Assembly (NCBI GenBank): GCA_964016885.1
Contig: OZ024742.1
Span: 196,540,001 to 196,604,000 of the forward strand
Direction of reading: 5' to 3'
From: Eledone cirrhosa
Taxonomy: Eukaryota
Length of the DNA stretch: 64,000 bases
Positions 53,133 through 64,000 of the stretch are shown here, one piece after another (position 1 is the stretch's first letter; every line of letters begins with the position of its first letter). The notes under the pieces are model-generated. The model was not told the origin of the DNA. It searched no databases and saw nothing but the letters and a program-made list of their open reading frames with translations. The position numbers were made by a program, and so were the translations under genes.

Positions 53133-53834
53133 CTAAACAACCACAAGGAAACATGTATTTGATGGGCTTATATGCCCATTCACTCATAGTAATATTCTGA
53201 AATGGACGTACTAATGTGTGTGTGAGCATGTATGCGTGTGTGTGTATATCATCATTGTCATTTTAACAACCGCTTTCCCTGCTAACAAGGGTTGGACGGG
53301 TCTACATAGACCAAGTCAGTACTGAAATGGTGGCCACAGATCTCCCAGACAAGCATATGATGATGATATCATCATCATCATCATTATCATCAACACTGTT
53401 TAGCGTCCATTTTTCTATGCTTGCATGAGTTAGACAGGTCGTCTACATCGGGAGACAAATCTAGCCAGAATTGGCCACACTGTACCTTGCTCCGACGGGA
53501 CTGTAAATTTGGCCGGGGACTTTACAGCTGGATGCTCTTCCTAACACCAACCACTTATACAGTGAGGAACTGGATGGCACCATTATGAGGAGGGACAGGA
53601 TAGGTAAGCACGCCGAACCCATCGCACAGTGGAGCCAATGGTTTTGGAGCCCAGTATTGGATGACACCGTTATGAGGAAGGACAGGATAGTTGGCTGCAC
53701 CGAACCCATCTCACATGAGACCTTTTACAGTGGAACCACAGTCCGGTAGCTTGGGACTGGGTGGCGCCACTAATTGAGGAGGGACAAGCCAGTTGGCTGC
53801 GCTGAGCCCTTCTCACAACAGAGCCATGCAAATG

Positions 53835-53938
53835 CCGCCAAGGTTGACTTTGCCTTTCATCCTTACGGGGTCGATAAAATAAAGTACCAGTAATGCACTG
53901 GGTGATTGTTGGCCTTGTGCCTAAAGTAGAAACAATTA
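53835..53938 (+). mobile_element. Nin-domain SINE fragment
   Basis: GACTTTGCCTTTCATCCTTACGGGGTCGATAAAATAAAGTACCAG..GGCCTTGTGCCTAAAGTAGAAAC. Confidence 0.7.
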
Positions 53939-53975
53939 TATGTTGGATATTCACGTGTTGGAAAAATATTTTCAT

Positions 53976-54240
53976 TTCTTCTTCTTCTTCTTCTTCTTCT
54001 TCTTCTTCTTCTTCTTCTTCTTCTTTTCCCACTTATTCCTGAGAGGGTCGTGGGGGGAAGAGTCCTCAAACACTCCTTCCAGCTGGTCCTGTCAGAAGCA
54101 CCCATCTCCAACTGATCTGGCTGGATCCCCAAACGTGATCAGCCAAGCTCATGAATGTTATCCAACCATCTTGCTTGGAGTCTACCTCCGAGTCTTTTGC
54201 CAGTTAGTTTTGTCTGTAAAGTCTGTATAAAATCATTTAT
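53976..54240 (-). mobile_element. Old LINE 3' fragment with (GAA)n tail
   Basis: GKRLGGRLQARWLDNI resembles the RTE C-terminal G.R..GRP..RW.D motif. Confidence 0.4.
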
Positions 54241-54304
54241 ATTCCATTGGGAAAAAAAGGAATCCTATGAGGAATCCAAAGCGTTGTTCAGGAAAGAAGA
54301 CTGC

Positions 54305-54563
54305 GTTGTTATGGGCATGTGATGTGCAGGGACAATGATTGCTGGGTGAAGAAGTGCCAGTAAATACTAGTCACAGTAGAGATAGACCAAGAAAGACCTG
54401 AGCAGAGGTGGTGAGAGCTGATATCAAATCGCTGAGACTGGCAGAGTAGATGACAAAGAAACATGAGTGGAGAGATCCTGTGTTGGAAAGGACCTGTCCA
54501 AACCATGCAAGCCTGGAAAAGTGGATGTAAAAACGATGATGATGATGATGATGAGGATGATGA
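54305..54563 (+). mobile_element. Degraded RTE 3' end
   Basis: YGHVM..WVKKCQ remnant, ACCATGCAAGCCTGGAAAAGTGGATGTAAAA and (GAT)n. Confidence 0.7.
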
Positions 54564-54709
54564 TCTCATAGAATTTGTTATGCCAGTTATGTTAGAATCA
54601 CTACTCACGATATTTCATTATTTTATTTAACCTGTGCAACACTGGGTACTTCTGTCAGTGTGTATATAAATATATATATATATATAATTTATATATATAT
54701 ATATATATT

Positions 54710-54750
<41 letters not shown>

Positions 54751-55197
54751 GATCGATGTAGATATATTATGTACAGATTACTGAAGAGAAGCAGTTGTGT
54801 GTGACATGATGAATATAGAATATAGAGAATCTCAGACAGGATTAAACCCAACAATTATCAGAAAAATGAGACCTTTATCCAGCTAATCAGTCTAAATTTA
54901 GTTACCCACCCATCCATTGCTATTACATGACAGAACAAATAACACAACCCATGATTCCACTTTGTCATTGAACCATTTACCATAAGCATTAGATTACAGG
55001 AATAGTTCAGTTGTTATTGGATGGGGAGATTTACCATTGTACTAAGATTTGGGAGTGGGTGGGCAGTCCGTTCATTAATATTGGTCTGAGAGATTTCATT
55101 TAACTAGACAGTATTAGAATAATTGAAGATATTGTTAGTGGTTTAATCTCATGATTTTTTAATCTTCCATTTGTTGAGCATATATCTATCTATCTAT

Positions 55198-58100
55198 GTT
55201 GTTTTACTTGAGACGTGTGCCAGTTCGCTGGTAAGTTTTCGTTGATTTTCTAAGTTAGAAATCAAATATTTATTGTTAAATTTAATACTATTTTATAGCT
55301 TGACCCCACGTCTGGACTTTCAGACGGTGGGTCAAGTCATCTTCACCCCTCCCTGGGATGAAATTTTCGTTTGAAAAAATTTCGGTGAAAAAAAAATTGT
55401 AATGTTGCATTCAGTCATGAACGCTGCGTCCAGTACTAGAAGTGGTGGAGAGGCGGTAAGAGTGTTAAGCTCGCACGCATCTCCTCTCACCACCACATTG
55501 AAAGACGTCGAAAATGTCGTCAGTTTTGAAAACACGATGTCGAACGTTGACTGTAACATCAACACTAACACAAACACCAATAACATGCAAATTATAAACA
55601 ACACCAACCAGAACAACAACAACAATAATGACAACAAAACAACAAGAACAACAGCAACAATGATAACAACAACACCACCAATAACAACAGCAACACAAAC
55701 AACTCCACAAACAAGGAAAAGATTTCCTTTGCCCAAACTGCGAAAAAAAACCTTGAATACCTGCCAGTAGACATAAGCAACGCTAAGGAGCTACTGGCAG
55801 AAGCCAAAAAATACATAGTATACGGGGAAAATGGATCATTTTCGATTTCTCCCCCCCCCCCCCCCCAAAACTAAAAAGTCAGAGACTCCTAAACACAGTG
55901 ATGTTTAGGACAGTGTTAAATAAAACGAAAAGACCAGCTCAACCATCACAGAGTGAGATAGAGCTGGTCTTAAAAGATGTAATGAAAGACATTCTGTTCA
56001 TAAAAAACGATAGACTCTATGGGAGTCTATCCATTCTCATGAAGGACCAGGATGCGGCAAAAAAACTTTCGGTAAAACCTATTACATCCACCGCATACAC
56101 CTTCTACCCTACGTACATGGGTAGAAGGACGCAGAAATAAAAATACACACCATTCTTCCAATTATGGACATATGGTGGGTGTTAACAGGTTTTCTTGACC
56201 TGAACGATGACATTAATATCCATGGAAAAGGCATCGGGTGACGCGTTCAGTGGAACGGGCCTCGAACTTTTAGTTCATATGAGGCCCGAAAGGATCACCC
56301 AGATCCCTGAACGCGTCATACTGGATGACCAAACTTTTATAAACATTACCGTTGAGGGTAGGCGGCCCTCGTGTTACCTCTATGGAACCAGAGGTCACCA
56401 GAGGACTGTCTGTCCTCAATTTAAAAAGAAAACTCCAATTCTGCCCTCACCACCAACAACCAACACAATCACCACCACCACCACTACAAAAACAACAACC
56501 ACAAGTTAACACAAAACAAAACACTGCCCCCCCCCCCACACACACTAAAAAACAATTTCCAAAACACCCGCACCGCAAACACTACCCAAAAATTTACCCC
56601 TCCCCTCCAACACGGAAGACGACCCCCGTTCGTCATCAGACGAGGGGGAACATTTCCAAAAAGTTAAAAGAAAGAAAAGAAAACACACCTCAGACACACA
56701 AATATAAACAACCCCTCCCCAAAACATAACACAGACATCAACACAAAAAAACACACAACAACAAAAATATGCATACACATACATAAACACAAGAAACAAA
56801 AAACTGTTAAACAGTATTTATAATAACAATTTGGTAAAAACCGAAGGGCCTAACTTCACCCAGGCAGGTGATTTCCCCCACCTCAAAATGATAAAAGCCC
56901 CAATGGACATTTACAACACGTTAAAAGACACTTTTAAAGAGGAGTGTGCCCCTCCGCGTCAGACCCATTAACTGTGTCCTCCTACCCCCCCCCCCCCGAA
57001 ACCCACACAACTCCAAACACCCCAACCCCACCACACACTGATTCCCCTACACTTCCACAAACTACCACCCCACCCAACAATCCCTCCCTCACCCCCATGG
57101 AAATTGTGCTGCCGGTCCCCGGGACGCAGAGAGGTAAGTACCTTGTCTCTTTACCACCAACATATACTTCTAAATTACCTCAGGTCACAATGTATAAATG
57201 TGATGGTCATTTGCGAGGCCCGGATCAGCAGTGAGCGACAGCTTGCCCCCACCTTTGATGACTTTGAGATGCACGCATCTCTCTGTCAGCTCGGAGGTGG
57301 GGGTGGGTTTGTCGTTCTGCTGCAAAAACATCTGGGTCTCGCCACACAGATAGTTCACTTGGACCCAGGGTGTCGATTGGTGGTGCTGGACCTTGGCAAT
57401 GATGAAGGTGGAGCCTTTAGGCTGGTAGCCTCATATGCCCCTTTTGGGACAGAGCGGCCCGACTTCTTCCAGCGTCTGGAGTCTTTTCTAGGGGGGACTG
57501 GAATGGTATCCTGGATGCATGTTGGGACTATGCAGGGGCATGTCCAAATAGAGAGGGGTGTAACAGCCTCAAGGAGTTACTCGGCCGATTTGACCTGGCC
57601 GATAGATTTCGACTAGATTTTCCGACTGCCAAACTGGTCTTGGTCAAACCGCAGCGGTCAATCTAGATCGTACCTAGATAGGTTCTTAGTTAGAAATAAG
57701 GACAGGGACTTTTTAAGTTGTCTAGAAATGCTCATGGTTGGCTATTCAGACCACAAGTTAGTGACCTGCATGGTCAACCTTGATAGAACGCATAGACAGG
57801 GTCCTGGTTACTGGAAGCTGAACTTGTCCCTACCGGCAAGTAAAGCTTACAGAAACCGGATTAGTACGTTAGTTAAGGAGCGGTTGACTGGAGCGATCGT
57901 CAACAGCAGGTGGTGGGTATCTCTAAAGAGAGAGATTAGATTAGTCTCAATAGAATTTAGTAAAGTTTTAGCTGCGGATAGGAATAGGAAGGAAAAGGAG
58001 CTGATAGACAGAGTAGAAGAGGCTATTAGAAGCGGTGACGTGGCCAGAGTGCTAGCGTCGAGAACGGCTTTGAGCCAGTTTTTCGACGCAAAGCACGAAG

Positions 58101-60760
58101 GCTGCGTTGCCCGAAGTAAAATACGTGCTCTAGGAAACGAGGAGACCAAAGCTGTTAGCTGGGCCCGCGTGACAGAAGCCAAGAGTGGAATTAAATCCAC
58201 CATCCGGTCTTTGCGAGACCAGGATGGACGGGCGATCCTTGAACCTAAGCAGATGTGTGAGGCCTTTCAAAAGCACTTTGCCAGATTGTTCGGAAGGGGC
58301 GGGAAGCCGGTTGGGGAAGTGGACTTCGGTCCATACCTCGACGGCCTACCGCGTCTTTCGGACGAGGAGGCGAAGTCCTGCGAGGAGCCGATTTCAGCCG
58401 CTGAGATAGAGGACGTGCTGAGCCAATGCGGCAAACGCAAATCCCCGGGTCTCGATGGTCTTCCATACGAACTATATCTAGCTATGCCAGACTTGTTCCC
58501 CGATCTCCTCGAGGCGGTCTACTGCAACTGGCAACAGAACGGGAGAATTACCTGTTCTGTGACCAAGGGCGTAGTCACGCTAGTGAGGAAGGACGAGAAT
58601 AAGGGGTACGAAATAAGTAACTTCAGGCCCATAACTCTGCTAAATGCAGAGTTACAGATTTTGGCCAAGGTGTTTGCAAAGAGGTTGGCGCTTGTCGTGG
58701 GAAACCTGGTGGGAGATGCGCAGACATGTGCTATCCCGTCCAGGTCCATCCACGACAACCTCCACCTCATGCGATACATCATAGAGAGGGTTGGGAACGA
58801 ACCCGGCTTTGGTGGGGCCCTGATCAACTTGGATCAATCTAAGGCATTCGATAGGGTTGACCATGGTTACCTGGATGCAGTGCTAGCGGCGGCAGGCTTC
58901 GTTTTCAGGGGCTGGATCACTGCTATGCACAACAGCAACATCTGCTCAAGGGTTAGGGTGAACTGCTACCTCTCGGAGCCGTTCCATATCATGCGATCCA
59001 TTCGACGGATGCCCTCTCTCCTCCCTTCTGTATGTATTGACTCTCGAGCCACTACTGCGGAAGTTGGAGTTGTTGCAGGGCATCCCTTTGGAACCGGGAT
59101 TCCGGAAAGCGGTGTCGGCCTACGCCGATGACGTGACAGTAATGGTGTCGACGGCCTCGCAAATCGGGGTGATCGGCACCTTACTGGAGGAATACGAAAG
59201 GTTTACAGGGGCTAAGCTGAACCGGGACAAGTCGATCGGTTTGCAGCTCGGCACATGGAGGGGCAAACCGATGCCCTCTGATGGCGTCGTCGGACGCTGG
59301 ACGAAGGGCTTGAAGTTACTTATTTCGTCCCCCTTATTCTCGTCCTTCCTCACTAGCGTGACTACGCCCTTGGTCACAGAACAGGGAATTCTCCGAAGAA
59401 CTGGGGTGCGGTTACGAACAGGGTGTTTGCACTGACCCAGAAGTGGGCCAGTTGCAAACTATCCCTGAAAGGTCGGGCGGAGGTGGCGAACACCTATATA
59501 GCGTCCGTCATGTACTACCACCTGACCGTTGTGCCTTGCCCAAGGGAAACCTTCGCCAAGATGGAGCGCGTACTCTTCCAATTCCTTTGGAAGAAGCGGG
59601 CTCCTTTGGTGAGGAGATCCATCTGCTGTCAACACTCTTCGAAAGGAGGGCTGGGGATGCCGTGGCTAATGATGCGTAAACACGAATTAAGGCTACGGCA
59701 CCGCCACGTATTCTTCACCGGTCAACCGGTGTGGGCCCCGTTTGTGAGACGAACCTTTCCCAGACTCGTCTCACTCACCGAGCTGCAATCCTGGGTCAAG
59801 CAAAGACCGAGAAAACTGGGCGCCTGGCACACTGAGTGTGCCCAGGCGCTCACGGCCCTCTGGCAAGCGGACCCGGTTATCAGTGGAGACTCCACCTCGA
59901 CATTCTATAGAGGGCTGGTACGCAGCAGGTGTAACGACGCCCTTGGAGAAGCCCTAGACATGGAGGAAGACGAACTGGCCAGCCTGTTCGGTAGGACATT
60001 CAGCCCGGGAGCTATGGACAACTTCCAAAAGTCTCTAGCCTGCCAGTGCTACCGAGGAGCTCTACCCGTTCGAGAAAAGCCCTACAGACACGGGCGCCCG
60101 GGTAGGGACCCCGCCAAAAGGATCTGTCCCAGATGCGTGTGCGACGAGGAAACCATTGCACACGCATTGGTACACTGCTCGGGCGTAGCCGATCTGTGGG
60201 GCTATGTCGAACAACTGCTGTCACGGGTGGGACCGATCCAGTTGAACACCGAAGCCATTGTAACGATTAAGCCGCCTCCCCCTTTCAAAAATGAAGGAGA
60301 GGCGGTGTTTCTGTGCGTAATAGCCATGGCGAAAGAGGTTGTATGGTGGACGCGTCTGAATGGACTGAGGTCAGGCACCTTTCTCTCTGGTCCGTTTCTT
60401 CCGATATCATTTCGGAAGAAGGATCAGGATGGAGAGAGATGTGCTGCACCCCAGTCGTTTTTATGAAAGGTGGATGAAAGTGGTGAGAATGGCCCGTGTG
60501 AATGGGCCTTCTCTCTACATCAGCATGTAGATGGAAAAGATGAAGGAACGAGGGAGCACCCTCTCTCTGTGCTCCTGAGGAGAAGGGTTGCACACTTTTT
60601 TCGGGGGTGTGTGCGATCCCCCAAAACGCCTCCTCCCTATTGAGGACTTTATTGTTAATTTTATATTTGTTATTTGTTTTCTTTTCTCGCCTTTTTGTGT
60701 AAACTCCCCCCTTGTATTTGTCCCCTTCTTTTGCGCCCTCGTGGCAATAAATAGAAATGT
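55198..60760 (+). mobile_element. Near full-length L1/Tx1-clade non-LTR retrotransposon, frameshifted
   Basis: ORF1 remnants with degenerate zinc knuckle CYLYGTRGHQRTVC; ORF2 APE (ICEAR, SYAP, SDH, GPGYWKLN), RT (KSPGLDGLP, FRPITLLN, LDQSKAFDRVDH, AYADD), CPRC..ETIAHAL.HC; AATAAA; flanked by ATCTATCTAT. Confidence 0.9.
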
Positions 60761-60770
60761 ATCTATCTAT

Positions 60771-60872
60771 TATTGTTATTTATTAATGTTAAAGTTATTT
60801 ATATGTAAAATCCCCGCCGTCACGTCTTGTAATGTCACATTTTTGTACGCCCATGTGGCAAATAAAGAAAGA
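60771..60872 (+). mobile_element. Short 3'-end fragment of a related L1/Tx1 element
   Basis: Ends GTGGCAAATAAAGAAAG then (ATCT)n, paralleling GTGGCAATAAATAGAAA then ATCTATCTAT at 60741-60770. Confidence 0.55.
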
Positions 60873-60896
60873 TATCTATCTATCTATTTACCTATG

Positions 60897-63800
60897 ATGA
60901 GCCCTCCGTTGGAAGGGTGTTGGCAGCAGATGGATCTTCTCACCAAAGGAGCCCGCCTCTTCCAAAGGAATTGGAAGAGCGCGCGCTCCATTTTGGCGAG
61001 CGTTTTGGCTGGAGAAGGCACGACGGTCAAGCGGTAGTAGATGGCGGACGCTAAAAAAGTGTTCGCCACCTCCGCTCGACCTTTCAAGGATATTTTGCAC
61101 TCGGCCACTTCTGGGTGAGTGCAAACACCTTGGCCGACACCTCGTTCCAGTTCTTCTCCACCTGGAGGTCTGGACCAAACCAGACCCCGAGCAGTTTTAC
61201 TGGTCCTTCCGTCCAGCGTCCGACGACGCCATCGGAAGGCATCGGTTTGCCTCTCCACGATCCGAGTTGCAAACCGTGGACTTGTCCAGGTTCAGCTTCG
61301 CTCCTGTGAACCTTTCGTATTCCTTCAGTAAGGTGCCGACTTCCTCGATTTGCGAGGCGCTCGACACCATTACTGTCACGTCGTCGGCGTAGGGCGACGC
61401 CGCTTTCCGCAGTCCCGGTTCCAGAGGGATGCCCTGCAATAGCTCCAACTTCCACAGTAGTGGCTTGAGAGTCAGTACGTACAGAAGGGAGGAGAGAGGG
61501 CATCCCTGTCGAATGGACCGCATGATATGGAACGGCTCCGAAAGGTAGCCGTTCACCCTAACCCTTGAGCAGATGTTGCTGTTGTGCATTGCAGTAATCC
61601 ATCCCCTGAACACGGGTCCGAAGCCTGCCGCCTCGAGCACCGCATCCAGGTAACGATGGTCAACCCTATCGAAAGCCTTAGACTGATCCAAGTTGATCAG
61701 GGCCCCACCGAAGCCGGGTTTACACCCTACCCTCTCTATGATGTATCGCATGAGGTGGAGGTTGTCGCGTATGGACCTGGTCGGGATTGCGCATGTCTGC
61801 GCTTCTCCCACCAGGTTCCCGACAACAAGCACCAGCCTCTTTGCCAACACCTTGGCCAAAATCTATAACTCTGTGTTTAGCAGAGTTATGGGCCGGAAGT
61901 TGCCTATGTCATCCCCCTTATTCTCGTCCTTCCTGACTAGTGTGACTACGTCCCCGGTCACAGAACTGAGAATTCTCCCGTTCTGTTGCCAGTTGCAGTA
62001 GACCGCTTCCAGGAGACCGGAGAATAAGTCCGGCATTGCTACGTAAAATTCGTAGGGTAGACCGTCGAGACCTGGAGATTTGCCTTTGCCGCATTGGCTC
62101 AGCGCGTCCCCTATCTCAGCAGCTGAAATCGGCTTTTCACAGAACTTTGCCTCGCTGTCCGAGAGTCGCGCTAGGCCGTCGAGGTATGGACCGAAATCCA
62201 AAGCCCCTCCCGGCGCGCCGCCCTGACAGAACAGTTGAGCAAAGTGCCGCTGAAAGGCCGCACACATCTGCTTCGGCTCACGTATCACGCGTCCGTTTTG
62301 GTCCTTGAAAGACCGAATCGTGGACTTGTTGCCACTTTTTGCCTCCGTCACTCGGGCCCAGCTAATAGCTTTGGCTCCCTCGTTTCCCAGAGCACGTATT
62401 TTGCTTCTGACAACACAGCCCTCATGCTTTGCGTCGAAGAACTGGTCCAAGGCCGTTCTCGTTGCTAGAACGCTGGCTACGTTGCCACTTCTAATTGCCT
62501 CTTCTACTTTATCTACCAGTTATTTCTCGGTTCTATTTCTATCTAACGCTAATTCTTTACTAAAAACTAACGAGTCTAATCTAACTGCCCTCTTGAGAGA
62601 GTACCACCATCTGTTGTTGACAATGGCCTCTGTCAAGTGCTGTTTAACTAAAGTGCTAATCCGTCTACTGTAGGCTTTGCATGTCGGTAACGACAAGTTC
62701 AGCTTCCAGTAGCCGGGTCCTTGTCTATGGGTTCTATCAAGGTTGACCATGCAGGTCACTAGTTTGTGATCTGAATAGGCAACCATGAACATTTGTGGAC
62801 AGCTTAACATGTTCCTATCCTTATTTCTAACTAGAACCCTATCTAGGAACGATCTAGATGTTCCGCTAAGATTAGTCCACGTCCACAGTGGCACAGTCGG
62901 AAAATCTAGTCGATATCTATCGGCCAGGTCAAATCGGCCGATTAACTGTTTGAGGCTGTTACGCCCCCCTTTATCGGGACATGCTCTCACATAGTCCCAA
63001 CGTGCATCTAGGATTCCATTCCAGTCACCCACTAAAAGCAAGGAGCGGGACGTTCCCAGAAAAGTCTCTAGACGTTTGAAGAAGTCTGGCCGCGGTGTCC
63101 CGGATGGGGCATATGCGGCCACCAACCTTCACTACCGTCAACGTCTAGGACCACCAGTCGACCCTCCGGGTCCAGATGTACCGTCTGTGTTACGAGGCCC
63201 AGGTGTTTCCGCAGCAAAACGGCAACCCCGCCCCCACCCCCCCGGCAGATAGAGAGATGCGTAGATCTCAAAGTCATCAAAGATGGGGACCAGCTGTCGT
63301 TCACTGTGGATCCTGGACTCGCAAATGGCTACTACATCCATACTGTGCGACCTGATGTCGTTTAAGAGTTTGCCCTGTTTCCAGGGCATCCCCAGGCCGG
63401 GTACATTTACACATCCAACTCTTATATTGACTATGTTGGTTTTTGAAAAGTTAAAAGAGGAGAAGAAAACACTCACCTCTTCGTCTCCCGGGGATCAGAC
63501 CGCACGGTTTCCATGGAGGTGTTAGAGGGGTTGTCTGGGTGGGTGGTGGTTTCCGGCGGGGTGGGGACGGAGATGTTTGGTGGGGTGGAGGTATCTAGGG
63601 TGGGGGTGTCTGTGGTGAGGGTGAGGAAAGTTTTCCTTTAAAGACTTATAGGTGTCCGTAGGGACCCTAATCATCTTTAAATTAGGTTTGTCTACACAGT
63701 TCGAAAAAGTTTTCCCTTCGGTTTTCACTGAAGAGTCGTTGGAGATGACCTCCATTAAAGTTTTGTTTTTACTGTTTATGTATGTGTAATGTTCTTGTTG

Positions 63801-64000
63801 TGTTGCGGTGGTTTTTGTCTGTTGTTCTTGTGGGAGCTTTCGTTTTGTTGTAGGTATTTGTGTTTGGAGTGATGTCGTGGTTCTGTTTTCGGGACGGGGG
63901 GGTTTTGTTTGTAATGTTTGTGTTGTTTGTGTTGGTGGTTGTATGTTTGTAGTGATGTTTGTTGTTTTTTTGTTCTTGTGGTGTATTTTCTTTTTCGTTT
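60897..64000 (-). mobile_element. Second L1/Tx1 element, inverted, ending inside ORF2 and continuing past the window
   Basis: ORFs 63138-63476, 62520-63125, 61863-62450, 61197-61859, 60884-61258: GCVNV, VGDWN, SDH, KSPGLDG, RQGCPLS, YADD, GGL. Confidence 0.9.

Noticed and set aside
55035-55085. 51-bp minus-strand exon candidate (CTCTCAG|...ATG|GTAAAT)
   Set aside because: Open only in phases 0 or 2, not directly compatible with the phase-1 start at 48799; unresolved without RNA data

Overview
Eukaryotic, AT-rich, repeat-saturated DNA with no prokaryotic features. The repeat repertoire (huge (TA)n tracts, Nin-domain SINEs, RTE LINEs with (GAT)n tails) suggests an octopus-like mollusc, which is inference only. 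Contents: four Penelope-like retroelement (PLE) families (RT plus GIY-YIG, three Naiad-like), several RTE LINE copies and their partner SINEs, three Tx1/L1-type insertions sitting in an (ATCT)n microsatellite, a near-complete IR/DR Tc1 transposon, a non-autonomous Helitron, piggyBac-type and fold-back MITEs, and a ~7.8 kb 50-bp satellite. Highlights read by eye: (1) about ten minimal type I hammerhead ribozyme motifs with palindromic stem III, some in PLE termini and some in small non-coding inverted-repeat elements; (2) apparent (ATCT)n target specificity of the Tx1 elements, with a probable twin-primed inversion; (3) one module shared between an RTE 5' leader, other RTE 3' UTRs and SINE bodies; (4) three phase-compatible minus-strand exons of a possible host gene. 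All coordinates were read manually and may be off by a few bases.
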